From Trichoplax sp. H2 (lineage: Eukaryota), in contig NOWV01000228.1 in the NCBI GenBank assembly GCA_003344405.1, positions 62,001-108,030 of the forward strand: a stretch of DNA of 46,030 nucleotides, read 5' to 3'. Position numbers and translations under genes: made by a program. The stretch's first letter is position 1; every line of letters starts with the position of its first letter. Positions 12,701-26,973 of the stretch are shown here, in pieces. Below the pieces are notes generated by a model that saw nothing but the letters and a program-made list of their open reading frames with translations, was not told the DNA's origin and did not search any database.

Positions 12701-15700
12701 TATTCAGCATTGAAACACAAAAAAAATATCAAAGACTATGGTCATAATTCTTAATATTCTATATTACAATTAGATCGCTTTTCGATTTATTTAATTCTAG
12801 CTTATTTTAATTTTCCCGTTCTTCTATCAAAATATCGAAATTTCTGTAACAGTAACAATAATTTGGACTGACTCTATCCATAAAAGACGATTTTATCCCT
12901 TTAAGTACAATCTATGAGAATTTTTAGCTGTCACACACCTTTAAATAAATTAAACAACTTATGGCTAACAATTAGAAGTTATTCTAGACCTATTCCTTAT
13001 ATAAAAGAAATAAATGTTGTTTACCTAGCTACCATTAATTCCTATTTCATCCTGAAAATACCAGATCAATGTAAATAACATCATTCATTATCATTTTAAT
13101 CTATACCATTCCATTATCGCAATAAATATTTAATATTACATCGTGTTATTTCTAAGGTATCAAATAGGCCCAGAAATGTTACTGACAGTTGAGTTCAGAC
13201 ATTATCTCTCTGTTAACGAATGTAGCTTTGTAATTATGGTGAATAAGGTAGTTAAAGCCTGATACTTTCTTTCAATCACTTAATTCGATATGTCACTTGG
13301 ATTCGAATGATTTCTTATCATAAGATAACCACAGTCATACTGAACTATGAAGTTTAAATTTTATTTGTAGTAATTAAGTTTTACAACCCCTTAGTTTCGC
13401 AATCGTCTAATTCAAAATCTGAGTTATTAAATTTGAGCAAACCTCTAACATGACTTGACACAAGATCAGGCAAATACCGTGTTTAATCTTAAAATGTATC
13501 CATTTATTAATAAAACGCTTGACTAGAGAAGAATCCACTTTTCTTCCCTTATAATAATAGTCTAAAGTGGTTAAGGTAAACCGAATAATCGACTTCGTCT
13601 CCACGATGGTAATTTCATATTATCGAACAGTTATATTAAGACATTACACAAAAATTTTGCCTAATATAGCCGATTACTGCGGTCTCACACACACACACAT
13701 AGTACGATTAGTATAAGTACATCATTTCATCATCAGCAACTATGAAATTACCTTATAAGTATAGTAGACAATCCTACTTTTTAATGCTACTGTACTGCAA
13801 TTAATACTGTAATTAGCTTAAACTACTACATTATTATAATACTAAGCGTGTCAATAGTAAACTAACGTCATGCTTAATAATTATAATCAGCTTTATTGAC
13901 TATTAATATGCCTACAGGTTGCCTTTGCTATGATTATCCATCATGCAATAGTTGAATAATTGTCTAAATTTTCAAAGGAATGAAATTAAATTTGTACTAG
14001 TTATTACCTCGAAGCAATTTTTTTTATTTAATTATCCGGAACAGGTAGTAGTTACCATTAGATAACTGATCTAGAAATTTACAGATAACCATTTTATCTA
14101 TGATATTTTAATTATTTGTATAAATAACTGCCTGTTTACATAATACTTGTAATGACGGTTAATTTTACTTAGCGAGACGCATGAATGGGTTTGATTTTTT
14201 AATAAAATTGGGTTCATGAATTACTTCAAGAGAAACTTGTAGTTACTTGTCACAACTGTCTAAGTAGCATAAACTATCTAGAATTGCCCTCCTAGATATA
14301 CTCAAAAGAATAGTCGTAAAAAGTGCAACTTACGTTAGGTTACGACTTTATTTTAGTAGTTCTCACTAGCAATCTATAATAAAAAGAAAAAAGAAAGAGC
14401 AGTAACAATTTACAAGAACTTGCTTTTATACCTAGACTTAAATAAGATTGTATAAAGCAAGTGAACAACAGATATCCAATTAAAGGAGGTCAACGCAATT
14501 AAAGCCTTACAAACATGATAGATTGTAACTTAGTCGAACCGTATTATTAACTTAAGTACTATAAGAATTATTACATGTTAACTCAAAAATATAGCTCATA
14601 GTATGAGCTAGGCAAGAATTCCTGCCTAAAATGTATCTTATCTACTGTCATTTAATATTACGGACATTAGAATTTCTATTACACCTACATAATGACTCAA
14701 TCGTCTTACGTATCATAAATTACGGACATAACACAACCTTAATATCGGAAACGTAGTTCTGTAACATTACTATGGTCTCTAGCTGATAAAAATCAGTATG
14801 GAATCGTAATGTATGCAATTATTAAAGAGGATAAACCTGAAAGTAAACTCATGATGGGTTAGCTTTTTTTTCATAGTACCAACATTTAATTTTTAATAGT
14901 TGAAAGAATGACTTTGAGGGATGCGCAATCTCGAAGCATAGTTTTAGAAAAGCTTATCTAGAGTAGTAACTACAAGCAGCAATTATATTGTGCTATCCTT
15001 TACTCTATTCCATTATTAGCATAGTAAGGTTGATAGGCTTGAGAATGATATATGAGTACAAATCGAAATTTGTAGCTAGAAAATTAACTATAATCACTAA
15101 ACTAAAGACTATCTTGTGTAAGTTTTAACCTCTCAGTATCCATGTATAGTACGACTCTAAATACTTGCAATCTCTTTATCGTCAGGAAATTACGATAAGC
15201 TATAAGTATCTACAGATAAGCTAAGTTTAAACTTCAATAAAAGTCTACCAACTGACGTAGTATTGCTTCCTAAACATCCGCTATCAATATTTGTATAATT
15301 TTTAAAGTACTCACTTATCTATAAAAATATATATGCATTACAGATAAACCCATTATCAGGATATTTCCTAGATATCATATAAAAATCATATTGCACCTGC
15401 TCTACAAAAGCGAAACAGCACGTATTTACATAGCCAAACTACCTTCTCATTCACAAAAACTCTCCACTCTATCACACTAGCTCCTGATTAGATAAGTTGG
15501 AGTAATGTCTACATGAAAATAGCACTGAATGAAAGACACTCTCAAACTTTAGTCAGATTCCTACATTTTATGAGTATTATATCCAGATAACTTACCGGTA
15601 GACACAGTTATAGGCATATACTCATGCAAAATTATCTTCTTTTCTGAGTCGACAGTTACATCGATTCGCATTGATGAGTTATATCGAATGTATGAGAGAT

Positions 15701-16439
15701 TATAACCTACCAGATAAGGTATACATCCACTCATCTACAGTATATCTTTACGACTAATTTGCTAAATGAAAGTGTTATCATTTATATATAGGTTAATATC
15801 GGGTTTTAACCGTAACATATATATAAAATTAATCTAAGTCTATAAGTTGCGCCGAATGGATGAGAGATTAGCGCCTATCAGAAAGGTATAAATCCACATG
15901 TATTTACGATAAATTTCATTAATGACAGTAATCTTAGGAAAGCATGCACTAAAATGGAACAAAACATATCAACTCAGTTACGGGCAACCATATTTATCTT
16001 AAGGCCCACTATTAGCTCAGTACACGGTGTAGGGTAATATTTCCACCTAGCTAAGGCTACTAGAGTGCTAAAAAATATCGTAGATTAAAAAAGGGTCAAT
16101 TACACTATGTTGGTACAGATAATAGACGTGATTACTACTAATAATTACGCGCATCTTTCAAAATTATTTCGCAGCAGTAGCTTTTTGTAGCAGGGATATA
16201 AACCTTGATTAGTATAATTTAGCTTTATGAAACTTCATTATAGCATAGACATTTATTACGAAAATCAGTTCAATCTATAAATTTATCAGCCTGCGCTAAT
16301 TAAGATTTAAGTAATGTGAAACTACACTTTAACTCCAGTTCTTTCAAAACTGCATTCGACAAATGGACCAATGACCCTGATTAGAAATAGAATAGAAACA
16401 AACAACTACGCAGTATTGAAATGCTTTTACAACATCATC

Positions 16440-16445
16440 TTTATT
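16440..16445 (-). terminator. AATAAA polyadenylation signal of paralog 2
   Basis: Within the conserved AAGATGTGAAGGCAATAAA block, about 110 nt after the stop. Confidence 0.7.
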
Positions 16446-16553
16446 GCCTTCACATCTTATGATCTACAAATTTGATCGCAGCAATCAATCATAGCATGGG
16501 GAGGAATTGGATAGTTCTGCTTACTTCAAATCAATGATTGGGAGAGGGAAAAA

Positions 16554-17505
16554 TTATAGATTTTCTTCGATAAAAATTTCGCAACCACCTTTAATGATAT
16601 CATCTTTAAGGGCTTCATTGAACATACTGCCACCAGGACATAGCTGAGGCAACATTTCGCATTCCTTGGCAGGCATGGGTGGAGGCATACAGCATTTCTC
16701 GTCTAATTTTTCAAGGTTCAATTCTTGAAGACGGGTGTATAAAGATTTTCCAAATTTCAAGAAGTTATTAGTGTGGTGACCAGCTTCAATCAATCCTACA
16801 TAATAAAGAAAGAAGTTATTATCCGCTATCCCCTTGAAAAATCAAGAATTGTATATAAGTTACTGGCAAGATGTTGCATATCAACTAGTAAGAATTAAAA
16901 TGATTTGGCTATTCAATTTCTACATTATTAAATACTTTTTTGGGTAGATGTTCTAAAGTAGGCTAATAGAACAATTATATTTGTATATTAATTTGAAATA
17001 AAATTGAATTAATGTCCATTTACCAATCTCTGTTACTAAATTGATAGATCAATAATTTTCTAACAATGAAAGACACTATCAACATATGCATCATCTGAGG
17101 TAGAAATGCCTAGTTGATATACATATTATCTAGGAATTATAGTTTTGGCGATATTATTAGATAGATGTTAAATAAATATAAAGTATACAGCCCAATTATC
17201 ATTGCGGCCGTAGTATCTTTCAGTTGCAACTTATACTTACGGTCGTCAAATTTGGTATAAGATGGCTCTTTCTTGAAATCAGTAACAATGTCTACATCAA
17301 CTGATCGACGTCGTTTAAGTGGACATTCATCGAAGGGAATATTTAATTCACATTCTGCCCAGTAATCTAAAACCTGCTGCCTCTGATTACCGCAAACGTG
17401 AACAGTAGGAGGAATTTCATTGAAGATGATGAAATCTCCTCCTTCAATGACAACGACTAAGCCAGCCAAAAAGGCAACCAAAGATACAACATTCAATTTG
17501 GCCAT
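16554..17505 (-). CDS. Secreted 8-Cys insulin-like prepropeptide, paralog 2; join(17505..17241,16795..16554), 168 aa
   Basis: Phase-1 intron with donor C|GTAAGT at 17240 and acceptor TAG| at 16796. Signal peptide, CGNQRQQVLDYWAEC-x8-C, KRRR, connecting peptide, YTR, LDEKCC-x9-C-x6-C-x18-C, ending EENL-stop. Confidence 0.88.
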
Positions 17506-18029
17506 TATTATCTACCTAAAATAATTTTTACATATAAAATTTAAATACAAAATATTGGCAAGCCAATTTATTCTACCATTGAATAGACTTTGCTATGATA
17601 GTCCTTCTTTTTTCAAGTAAAACTATTACATGATATCTTAATAACATAAAACACTATTTGGTATTCGATTTTACTTTGCTTAGAGATTAAGTACTCTAGT
17701 AGCTGTAAGTTAACTCAATGATAATATGAAGATTACGAGTAAATTTTCTACATTATCAAGATTTGATTAAACTAATATTGCACTGAGTAAAGTTGCTGTT
17801 GTATTAATATGCTTTATTAACTATTTGAATATAGATTATTGAATATTATACTAGTATATTTAAGGCTATGCAAAGTAGGAGTAAAATTTAAAAATCAAAA
17901 TACATACACCTATAGCCCTATTCAATTGATAGCATTCTGCAGATTATCATTCTATTTTGTCTATTATAGCACAGACAAGGACTCCATAGTACAAATGCAA
18001 ATGGAAAGTGCGCTAAAACTAAAGATTAC

Positions 18030-18130
18030 CTGTAGGTGAGAGCGGATGGAATATTCTTTTGACTGAAACTGCAATCTTCCAGACAAGCAAACACAATAAC
18101 GTAAAACCGTTAATCCGCTAGCTTTTAAAG
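18030..18130 (-). promoter_or_regulatory. Paralog 2 TATA-like CTTTAAAAG and non-coding exon 1
   Basis: Donor CAG|GTAATC at 18029 and acceptor TTTAG| at 17516, 10 nt before the ATG; alignable with 28277-28380. Confidence 0.65.
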
Positions 18131-18223
18131 GTTGCCCTTAAGCTATCGGCATGCAAAATTAATGGCCTCTATTAATAACAGAAGTGGATCAATCTCAATT
18201 AGCATATTCGCCAATATCATAAA

Positions 18224-18234
18224 TAACAGGTGCA
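18224..18234. promoter_or_regulatory. Conserved E-box TAACAGGTGCA (paralog 2)
   Basis: Identical 11-mer upstream of all four paralogs. Confidence 0.7.
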
Positions 18235-19765
18235 AAATCTTCCTGTCCTGTCGAATATTAATCGATTTGTTTTGTAATTTATGGATTTCCTTCTGATTAT
18301 AATGATTATAATTATTAGGACTGTTCCAACTAAAGGCCAATAGGGAAATGAATATTAAAATATTACGTATTCAGAATTAAACAATCAAGAAATTTATTTC
18401 GAAACTAATATTTTAGTGCCTTGGTCTCATCATCATTCGAATTGTAAATTATTTAATTCGATATTGTCAGTCCACTTGGATAACTAACGGTATTGATAAC
18501 TGTGTCGTGTTATTTAGATTCCTATTACATTCCTTAGATAGTTATCCTATTTTTTATACCTCATTTTAAGATGTAGAGAACTTTCTAGAAGAAATTCTAT
18601 TGTATCAACCAAGATATATAAACTCTACATAAAATCGCTTCGAATATCTAACGTGATAAAAGCATCAATCTCATACGGACTTTAACAAATCAATAATTTG
18701 TTTTAAAATTCTTTTCGCCCTAAGGCGTTATGTTTATATTCAATTGGAGTAATATGATCGATAGAATTTGATCAATTTCCCATAGCTGCCGTAAATTTAT
18801 AAATATTCAATAATGTTTTGATTACAATGAGATATAAAATGACACATATCACTCCACACTTGAGTGAGTGATCACCATTAAAGTTTTCGCTTGGGTAGAC
18901 CTGAACACCTTTTGCCTTAACGCCATACCGAAGTATATAATATTGCATCATCTATCTAGTTAAGCCATTCAACTGCTACAATCTATGTATTACAAGAGTT
19001 CAAATTTTATAAGATGATGTACAAAATTAGCGTAGATGACAAATACCAACTGAATAATATAATATTTTGGCAATGCAAATGCATCGAAATAGACTTTTAT
19101 AAAGATGCTAAACAGAGAAACGAAATGTTTAATACAGTTGCGTAATCTCGATTAAGAAGAGTGGCTAGTGATACATTTAATTTTTGCAATAAAGGATGAC
19201 TAATAATCTTAAACATTGAAGTAATGCGCTAGGTAGCAAAGCTTAATAATTAAGTACCAAAAGAGTTTATCAGTTATATGCAATGGTTAATCGATATGCT
19301 GTGCACTTTAAAAAATAATAAACCTAATTTTAATAGAAAAATAATCAGTTCGTTTGATTAATAAGATAAATTTTTAATGTTGATAGTAATATTTCAATTG
19401 CTACGTAGTCAAAAATAGATATTGCATTGGCTTATGAAGGAAAATGTAACAATAGGAAGTGGGACGCCTTAGCGTATTAGTAACGCTGTTTAGTTTTAAG
19501 TTAATTTGACGGATTTTTTCAATAATTAATGCTTTATGGATAATAGCACTATCCCTGTTTATGTCTAAGCAATCCAGTCTAAATGAATCTGATAAATATT
19601 GTCTAGCCAAGAAATCGAATAATATCGTAGCAATGATATTATTATTTGTTTGAAACACCTAGGATGCACCTTTATTTCTATCTAGATAATTATGCACCAA
19701 CTAAGCACTAAGTGCCTTCCATTGGGAATCCAATAAGTCACTTCAAGCAGAATAAATAATGAATG

Positions 19766-19805
19766 AAATCATTTTTAAACAAGATTAATTGATATATTGA
19801 TTGAT
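19766..19805. promoter_or_regulatory. Conserved distal non-coding block upstream of paralog 2
   Basis: AAATCATTTT(T)AAACAAGATTAATTGATA(T/C)ATTGATTGAT is near-identical at 29729-29767 while the flanks are diverged. Confidence 0.5.
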
Positions 19806-22800
19806 AAATTGGCTTATCTAACTATTGATGAATAAATATCAAACTTTATTCTAGTAGATATAAAATATCGTATTAGTGCATTAGTTTATTATTATATTCA
19901 GTAATTTTTATTTGCATGTACTCATATTGACCTTTTAATCCTATGAACTATCGTAATACAGCAAATTCTTAGCAACAATGTAATTTAGATTGATATACTG
20001 GACACAGTAAAATAGAGAAACAGTCAACTTCATATCTACTGTCCACGAAAAACCTTTTATAAAGTATTTCTTTATCTTAAAACGTGTAGTAAGTTCATCG
20101 CGATAATCTCTATAATTCATCAAAATTTAATTCATCAAATCTTCATTTCCAATCACAGAATTACAGCTGCCAGAATCAGAATTCAACTAAGGAGTAAGAC
20201 CAAATCAATTATTATTTAATAGCTCTATATCCTATATAGTATGTTTCCTGTCGTTTTGTTAGCACTATAACACTGTGAAAATTAATAAGCTGAAAATTAA
20301 AACACACTATTCTTAGTGTTAATTTTTTACTACGCCTATTAACACATTTCAAATAAATTTAACTTGTACTGGTATTCCATTGTTAATAATGTATCATGTA
20401 GTAAAAATTTTTGACGGCATATTAATATTATATTTTACGTTGACGTCTTCTATTGCACTTAATGCAGGTAGCAGTATCGAATGGCCAAAGTGTAAATGAA
20501 ATAGAAATAAACAATAGGCCATAAATAAATGATGTAATTCTTAGATCAACTTCCTACCCTCTGTTCTGACGTATAGTCATAAGTTCTCTATAGCATCCAG
20601 ACATAGTCATTAATTTTCACTTGAATTCGTGTAGTAAATATTTGTTAAAGCTATACAAAAATTCTTATAATCATGAAAGAATATCCAATTTGACTAATAT
20701 AGTGTACAAATTTCATGATAGAAATTTACACTTATAGTAGTGATTAAACTTTACTGATACGTTTTGCATTTTAAAGTATTGGTCCATGTACTCCAACGTT
20801 ATAAATCATTTATGAAGATACTTCAGTTGAAAGGTGGTACCTACGTATTATAATTTTGTTATAATTTGATTTCAGATATCCAATCAGACTATTCTTTAGC
20901 TTGCAGAATTGATGATAATTATGAACTATCTGCGTAACATGAAATGTTATGATTAGTGTCGCCGTCGTAGGTGCAGGATATTGATGTTAGCAGAATTTTG
21001 TCACATATTGTCTGAGCGACGAATTAAAGTTTAAAACAGTTGAATGATTTATTTTATTGTGCTGTAAGATGCTTAATGATTACCATATACAATTACCTCT
21101 GATAGAAAAATAAAGCACAAACATAGAGATATTTCAGTTCCCAAGACTAACATTAACGCCACATCCTTAAGGCTAATAATTCGGATTGCTAAAAGTGGCG
21201 CTCAGTACTGTGGCATATATTCATTACTCAAATCATACCAGCTTTATTGTAAATCTAGTTTATAGCCAATTTCTAACCAAAATAATCTACTACATAATTG
21301 AACTCTAGCAGCAAATAGCTAGGCGATAATTAATTGATGAACTTACAGCACTTGATATTAGTCAATAATCTCTGTAATAATGCTTAAAATGATATATTTA
21401 ATAATTACGCCATGTAGATAATAGAGATTTTTGTCAGAATAGGCGGATCTCTACTGAATTTTTAAACTCATTAAATCAGAGCGAGAGAAGTAATTATATT
21501 GATAAGGCTATTATAGCAATGTTTAGAATTCTGATGAAGATCATCTGTAAGAGTGTCATAAAGATAAAATATTCCAAAAGGAGCTGAAATAATACCATGC
21601 TTGAATGCTTTCAAATGAATATAATTATATTACCTAATATCCGAAGCAATTCCATTTCCTAGATATCCGTATTTATGTAGAGCATGTTGCTAATAATTTA
21701 TTACTATCATAATATAGAAACCATTATTAAAATAGTAAGTTTTCCTTCTGAATGTCCTTGTTTTCTTAGCTGTTGAATTATCTGCAAATTTATTGCAAAG
21801 CGAAGATTCATGCTAAAATTTAATCTATTGCTTTGCCATAAGAAAATTTAGCTATTGTTGAAGAGTACCGGTATTATTAATTTGTCCACAGTTAAATCAT
21901 AATAATTTTCATTTTGCATCTCAACACTCTTACGCTGGTAATGATTTAAAAATTGGCATTCTTATATAATAGAACATGAACGCTTTATATTACGAAATAG
22001 AAACAATATTACTTATCATTAAGAGCAATACTGGTTACCGGTTATCTTTATAAATTTAACGACAGCATTATATCTAGAAAGTGATAATTAATTAATAACG
22101 CTACTAATTAATTATTGCGTGGCATTAACTAGAAAATATTAGCCCGCATTTCGAAATTTTCGATTGCTTATTTTACGTCGATGAGTTTTATGCTGCATAA
22201 CGGTTAGCTGTTTCAACGTATCATGTCTAATAGTAATCATTCTTGAGTTAGAAACTAAACTGGATTCCTTCTAGTTTGATTCTATGCTAATTTCAGCTAT
22301 ATCAGTTCACTATTTATATGATGTTATCTGTTAAAAGAATATGACTTGCTAGCATTTTTATTGCTCTCATCTCTATTTATTCTACTACTTTTGTTCGCGG
22401 AAAGCTTATTTACAATTTAATCCGTCTGAAAATATAATTAGCCGATAATTTAAATATAGCGCACGCCTAATGTGTCGCATCAATTAAACCAATTAGTTTT
22501 TATCGTTGCAGATTTTAATACTTTTGTCTATATAAAGGCAGAATCAAAGCGTGATTACGGATTTAGAATATTAAAATTTCGATTTAACTTTCTTAAATAG
22601 GCTCTAATTTTAATGAGCATTTCACCTCGAACATCAAGATTAAAGCACCGATTAAGGTCAGTTTAAATTCTTAGATGTTGCTTAATATTACTTAGCTTAA
22701 TGTAAGGCGAGTAATTTCTCCTCATACTAGCATAAGGAAGCTATACTACAATATTATAAAGTCATTCTTTTAAAAGTTTAAATCTTTTCGCGTATTAATA

Positions 22801-24875
22801 AAGTGATATATGTCCTCTGAAACTAATCTGTTCACGCTCTTACCTATAGCTAAAGTTAGTAAAAATTTATCCAACGTAGTTCACAAATATAAAGCTTCAG
22901 CTTGAGCTTACCATTATCAGGCATAAGACTCGTTATGATACTTTTAAGGCAAAGACTATAGTTTTTATTATCAAAATACGATTAAATAAGTTCATAGTTA
23001 CTACCGTACCCTTCTTATGATCAATCATATTAAAGTTATACAAGCAACTACTTTCTATGCGGAAAATAGATTTATTTTAAGTTTGTATCAGTTGAATATA
23101 ATCCCACAATTTATCCCTAAATGATTAGTAAATTTAGGCTTTTAAATTCCATAACTTTAAAAACGCACAATTCCGAAATGTCTATTTCATTAATAGTAAT
23201 TGAATGTAAATTACTAACATGCACTAAGATTTTACTATGTTTATCGACCGATAGCAAAGAACAAATACCATTGATTAGGCCGATTCAAAATTTCAGAAGT
23301 TCAATTTTTAATAGCATACACCTATGATTGAGTCACCTTGCAAATAACAGAATAGAGATATTCAGAAATGAATTTCATTATTCTTACTATAGCTAGACTT
23401 CAAACCCACAATGTTGAAAATATGCTATTCCTAGAGTTATTACTAAAATTTTTACTTCTATATATTTATACTTGTGCTCTGAAATACTAAGAAATAATAT
23501 GATAATGATATAAAACAACGTGAGAGTAAAAGTAGCCCCCACCTACAGACAAAATTACCCATTTTACTGGAATATAGAGGGAATATACATAATCAGTGTA
23601 ACATTACCAATTTATTAGTAGAGGAAACTAGTAAATCAGCTGGTCTTATACTATGTATCACATGTTATAAGAGAAAAGTAACGGCAATTTTGATGGTAAT
23701 TATCTATTAGTTATGGTATAAGCTGCAGGAGATAAATTTACGGCCTATTGGCGATGTTAGATAATGTGAAATGACGTGAGATTCCTATTCGTCACTGAGA
23801 TGAACATATACCAATAAATATAATACAATAACTACTATTAAAAAGATTTTGGGAAAGTATGCTACAATAACAGAGGCTATTAACTATCATACGGGTTTAT
23901 TTATGTAAGACAGTGTAATATTGTATTCTAAGTTGATGATATATTTAGTAATGTCTACCGTAGGCGTTGTGTTCAACATGTGATAGATATTCTCATTCGA
24001 GGCTTAAGCATTAAATATAGCTAGCTTAGTAACTGCAATCCTTTTGAAGAGGAGTGCTACAGTGCTCACACTAGAGCTTCACATGAAAGATGTAAACTAG
24101 TCTGTATTTGAGATGCTAATACTGAAGTGTGTAGTAAGTAAGGTGCTAAGACTGTAAACGCGGAAAAGTATTAAGCGAGTAGTCTAGTATAGTAAGATAG
24201 TTCTTTCTCGTTAGAGGTCCTCAGCTAATCGGTTACGTTGTATCTTCGTAAACGAGGTTTTGTTCAATAAATCTTATATTTTCTAAAGTTTTAAAGATTC
24301 TTTATCTATCAACCTCACAATTTATAATCCCAGCTAGCAAAATAATGCACAACAGTATTTTTATACTGGGTAGTTGACGATCATAATTCATATACTGTAG
24401 TTAGATACACGTACATATACAGTAAATAAGATAGGTATATTAGAATATTATCGCAATATAGTTTTATTGACAGTATCACAAATTTGACCTATTTCTTCTT
24501 ATTGGTATTATTCTTCCTATGGTAATTTAATTTACAATATACTAATAGATATAGAACTTAAAAATTATCTACTGTGTCTGCGAGAAATTCTAGCAGTCAT
24601 CAAGCACGAAAGCTGAGATTGCCCAACTGTCAAGAAATTTTTTCTCTATATTGGCAGTCGAATCTACTTTTGTACAAACTACAGCAATAGCTTTCAATTT
24701 AACTTGCATAATCTGTTAGTTACACTAGTCTAATTTAGATTAAGTCTGAATAGCAATGGAACATGTCTATTTCAAGGCTCTATTATTAAAATAAATAGCC
24801 TCATGATCCAAAATTTAAATCAACGGAACAAAAATAAAAAAAGCGATATTCAAGAATCGATTTTATAACATCATC

Positions 24876-24881
24876 TTTATT
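24876..24881 (-). terminator. AATAAA polyadenylation signal of paralog 3
   Basis: Within the conserved AAGATGTGAAGGCAATAAA block. Confidence 0.7.
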
Positions 24882-24990
24882 GCCTTCACATCTTGCAGTC
24901 TACATATTTGATCGCAATAAGCAATCATACTTTGAGGGAGTAAATTGGATAGTTCTGCTTACTTAAATCAACGATTGATAGCGAGAAAAA

Positions 24991-26973
24991 TTATAGATTT
25001 TCTTCAATAAAAACTTCGCAACCACCTATAATAACTTGTTCTCTGGTAGTTTCATCAAACATGCTACCGCCAGGACATAAATCAGGCAACATACCACATT
25101 CAGTCGCTGGATTGGGTGCTGGCATACAGCATTTCTCGTCTATTTTTTCAAGATTCAAAGGTTGAAGACGCGCATATAAAGTTTTTCCAAATTTTAAGAA
25201 ATTATTAACGTTGTCAGCTTCAATCAATCCTGTATAGTAAATGATACATATCAGCGATAAATCAAAAATATTAATTATACGACTGCACCTACATAAATTA
25301 ACTATAAAATTGTAAATGTTAGCTATATGTTAAATAATATCCATCAGGAATCGGAATTATCAAGCAAACTCTGCTTAAGATTGATAAATTACTTCTTAGA
25401 ATGTACTGTATGCTTTACTATATATGGATACATATTTCTTATGACAATACGTATAAATAAATACATACATATATAAAAGAAATGGATTTAAAAATGTAAG
25501 GGTGCTAAATTGAATTTACAACTGCAATATACCGAAAGTATTTAATGAACACGTCGAGTGAAGATGTCATTTCAAATCACGTAAAGGCCTTGGTAACTTT
25601 TAAAGGCTACATTGCTGCCTCTATGATATAACAAATTAATCTAATCAAGCATTGCGTAAGTAATCTTGATGGATGAATTTTTAACCAGTAAGGTTTTCGA
25701 TCCTCTAACTCAAGATTTAAGTTGTTAAACAGAATAATTCCCTAATTTGATTATCAAGACCGCTTTTTAACATTAAAAGTAACATTTTTCAAGTCTGTCA
25801 ATCGGAGAATATTACACTCTTTTTCTCCTCATAGGAACAGTTGGAAACGATCAAGATAAACTGGATAATTATACTAACTTACTGTAAACTCTAGATTAAT
25901 CATTCCATAAAACTTATACATAAAATGATTAAATATTCCTTTACAATATTCTACCCAGGAATTAAGAATCATGTCAGTATATGACTCCAATAAAGAACTT
26001 ATTTACTATCATCTATATTTAGTCTTTTAGTATAACTGACTGTTATACGTCCTATGTGCTTTACTTCGTATTATTACTAGTGCAAACTCCCGTCACTTTG
26101 CTGACGGTTTACGATAATGTGCTCATTTAACAGATAGTATTACCATTTGTCGTAGACCTGTCAGAGGTTCAGTAACTTTATACCGTGTACTGTGTAGTAG
26201 TAACGACTACAGCATTTGTACATTGGTTGATAAAGCCTGAGTATATGACATATACTGATATACATACCGCATTTCTCTAATCTTACAGTAACTCTCCATT
26301 TTTAGCTATTTAACAGAGGTTCTGTAACTTTATACCGTACCGTGTATACTGGAAACTAAATGAAAGACTATGCCGTACTCATATTTTAAATTAAACTAAT
26401 ATCAATTTGTAAGAGATATTTCTAATGAACGATTAATAACATGTTATAAAGAAATGAGACAAAATTTGCTATCCATAAAATGGAATGGCCAAGCACTGCT
26501 AATTTTTTTCTCTAATACAGATAGTAGCAAATGCATAATTAAACAAACAGAAAAATACAGTTAATTAATAAGTTTTATTAAACCATCTTGAAACTGAATT
26601 GGAAATTCATTATCAAGGCAACTACTCATGGAAACCATATCCAAGTTTACCTCGTCTGGAATAATAACAACTAGTAAGAATTTAGCAGTAATTATGACTT
26701 ATACTTACGGTCATCAAATTTGCTATAAGATGGCTCTTTGTTGAAATCAGAAATGAGATTTACATCAACTGATCGGCGACGCTTGAGTGGACAGTCATCA
26801 AAGGGGACGTTCAATTCACATTCTGCCCAATAATCTAAAATCTGTAGCCTCTGATCGCCGCATACGTGAATAGTAGGCGGGATTTCATTAAAGATGATAA
26901 AATCCGTTCCTTCAATGACAACGACTAAGCCAGCCAAAAAGGCAATCAACGATAAAACATTCAATTTGGCCAT
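24991..26973 (-). CDS. Secreted 8-Cys insulin-like prepropeptide, paralog 3; join(26973..26709,25229..24991), 167 aa
   Basis: Phase-1 intron with donor C|GTAAGT at 26708 and acceptor CAG| at 25230. Closest relative of paralog 2; same Cys spacing, KRRR and YAR sites. Confidence 0.88.
26162..26338. repeat. 25-bp direct repeat pair in intron 2 of paralog 3
   Basis: CAGAGGTTC(A/T)GTAACTTTATACCGT at 26162-26186 and 26314-26338. Confidence 0.75.

Noticed and set aside
17137..17240. C-terminal hydrophobic extension of ORF 17137..17505 as a membrane-anchored isoform
   Set aside because: It lies after a perfect GTAAGT donor and is not conserved in paralog 3, which stops after KYKS; it is intron read-through.
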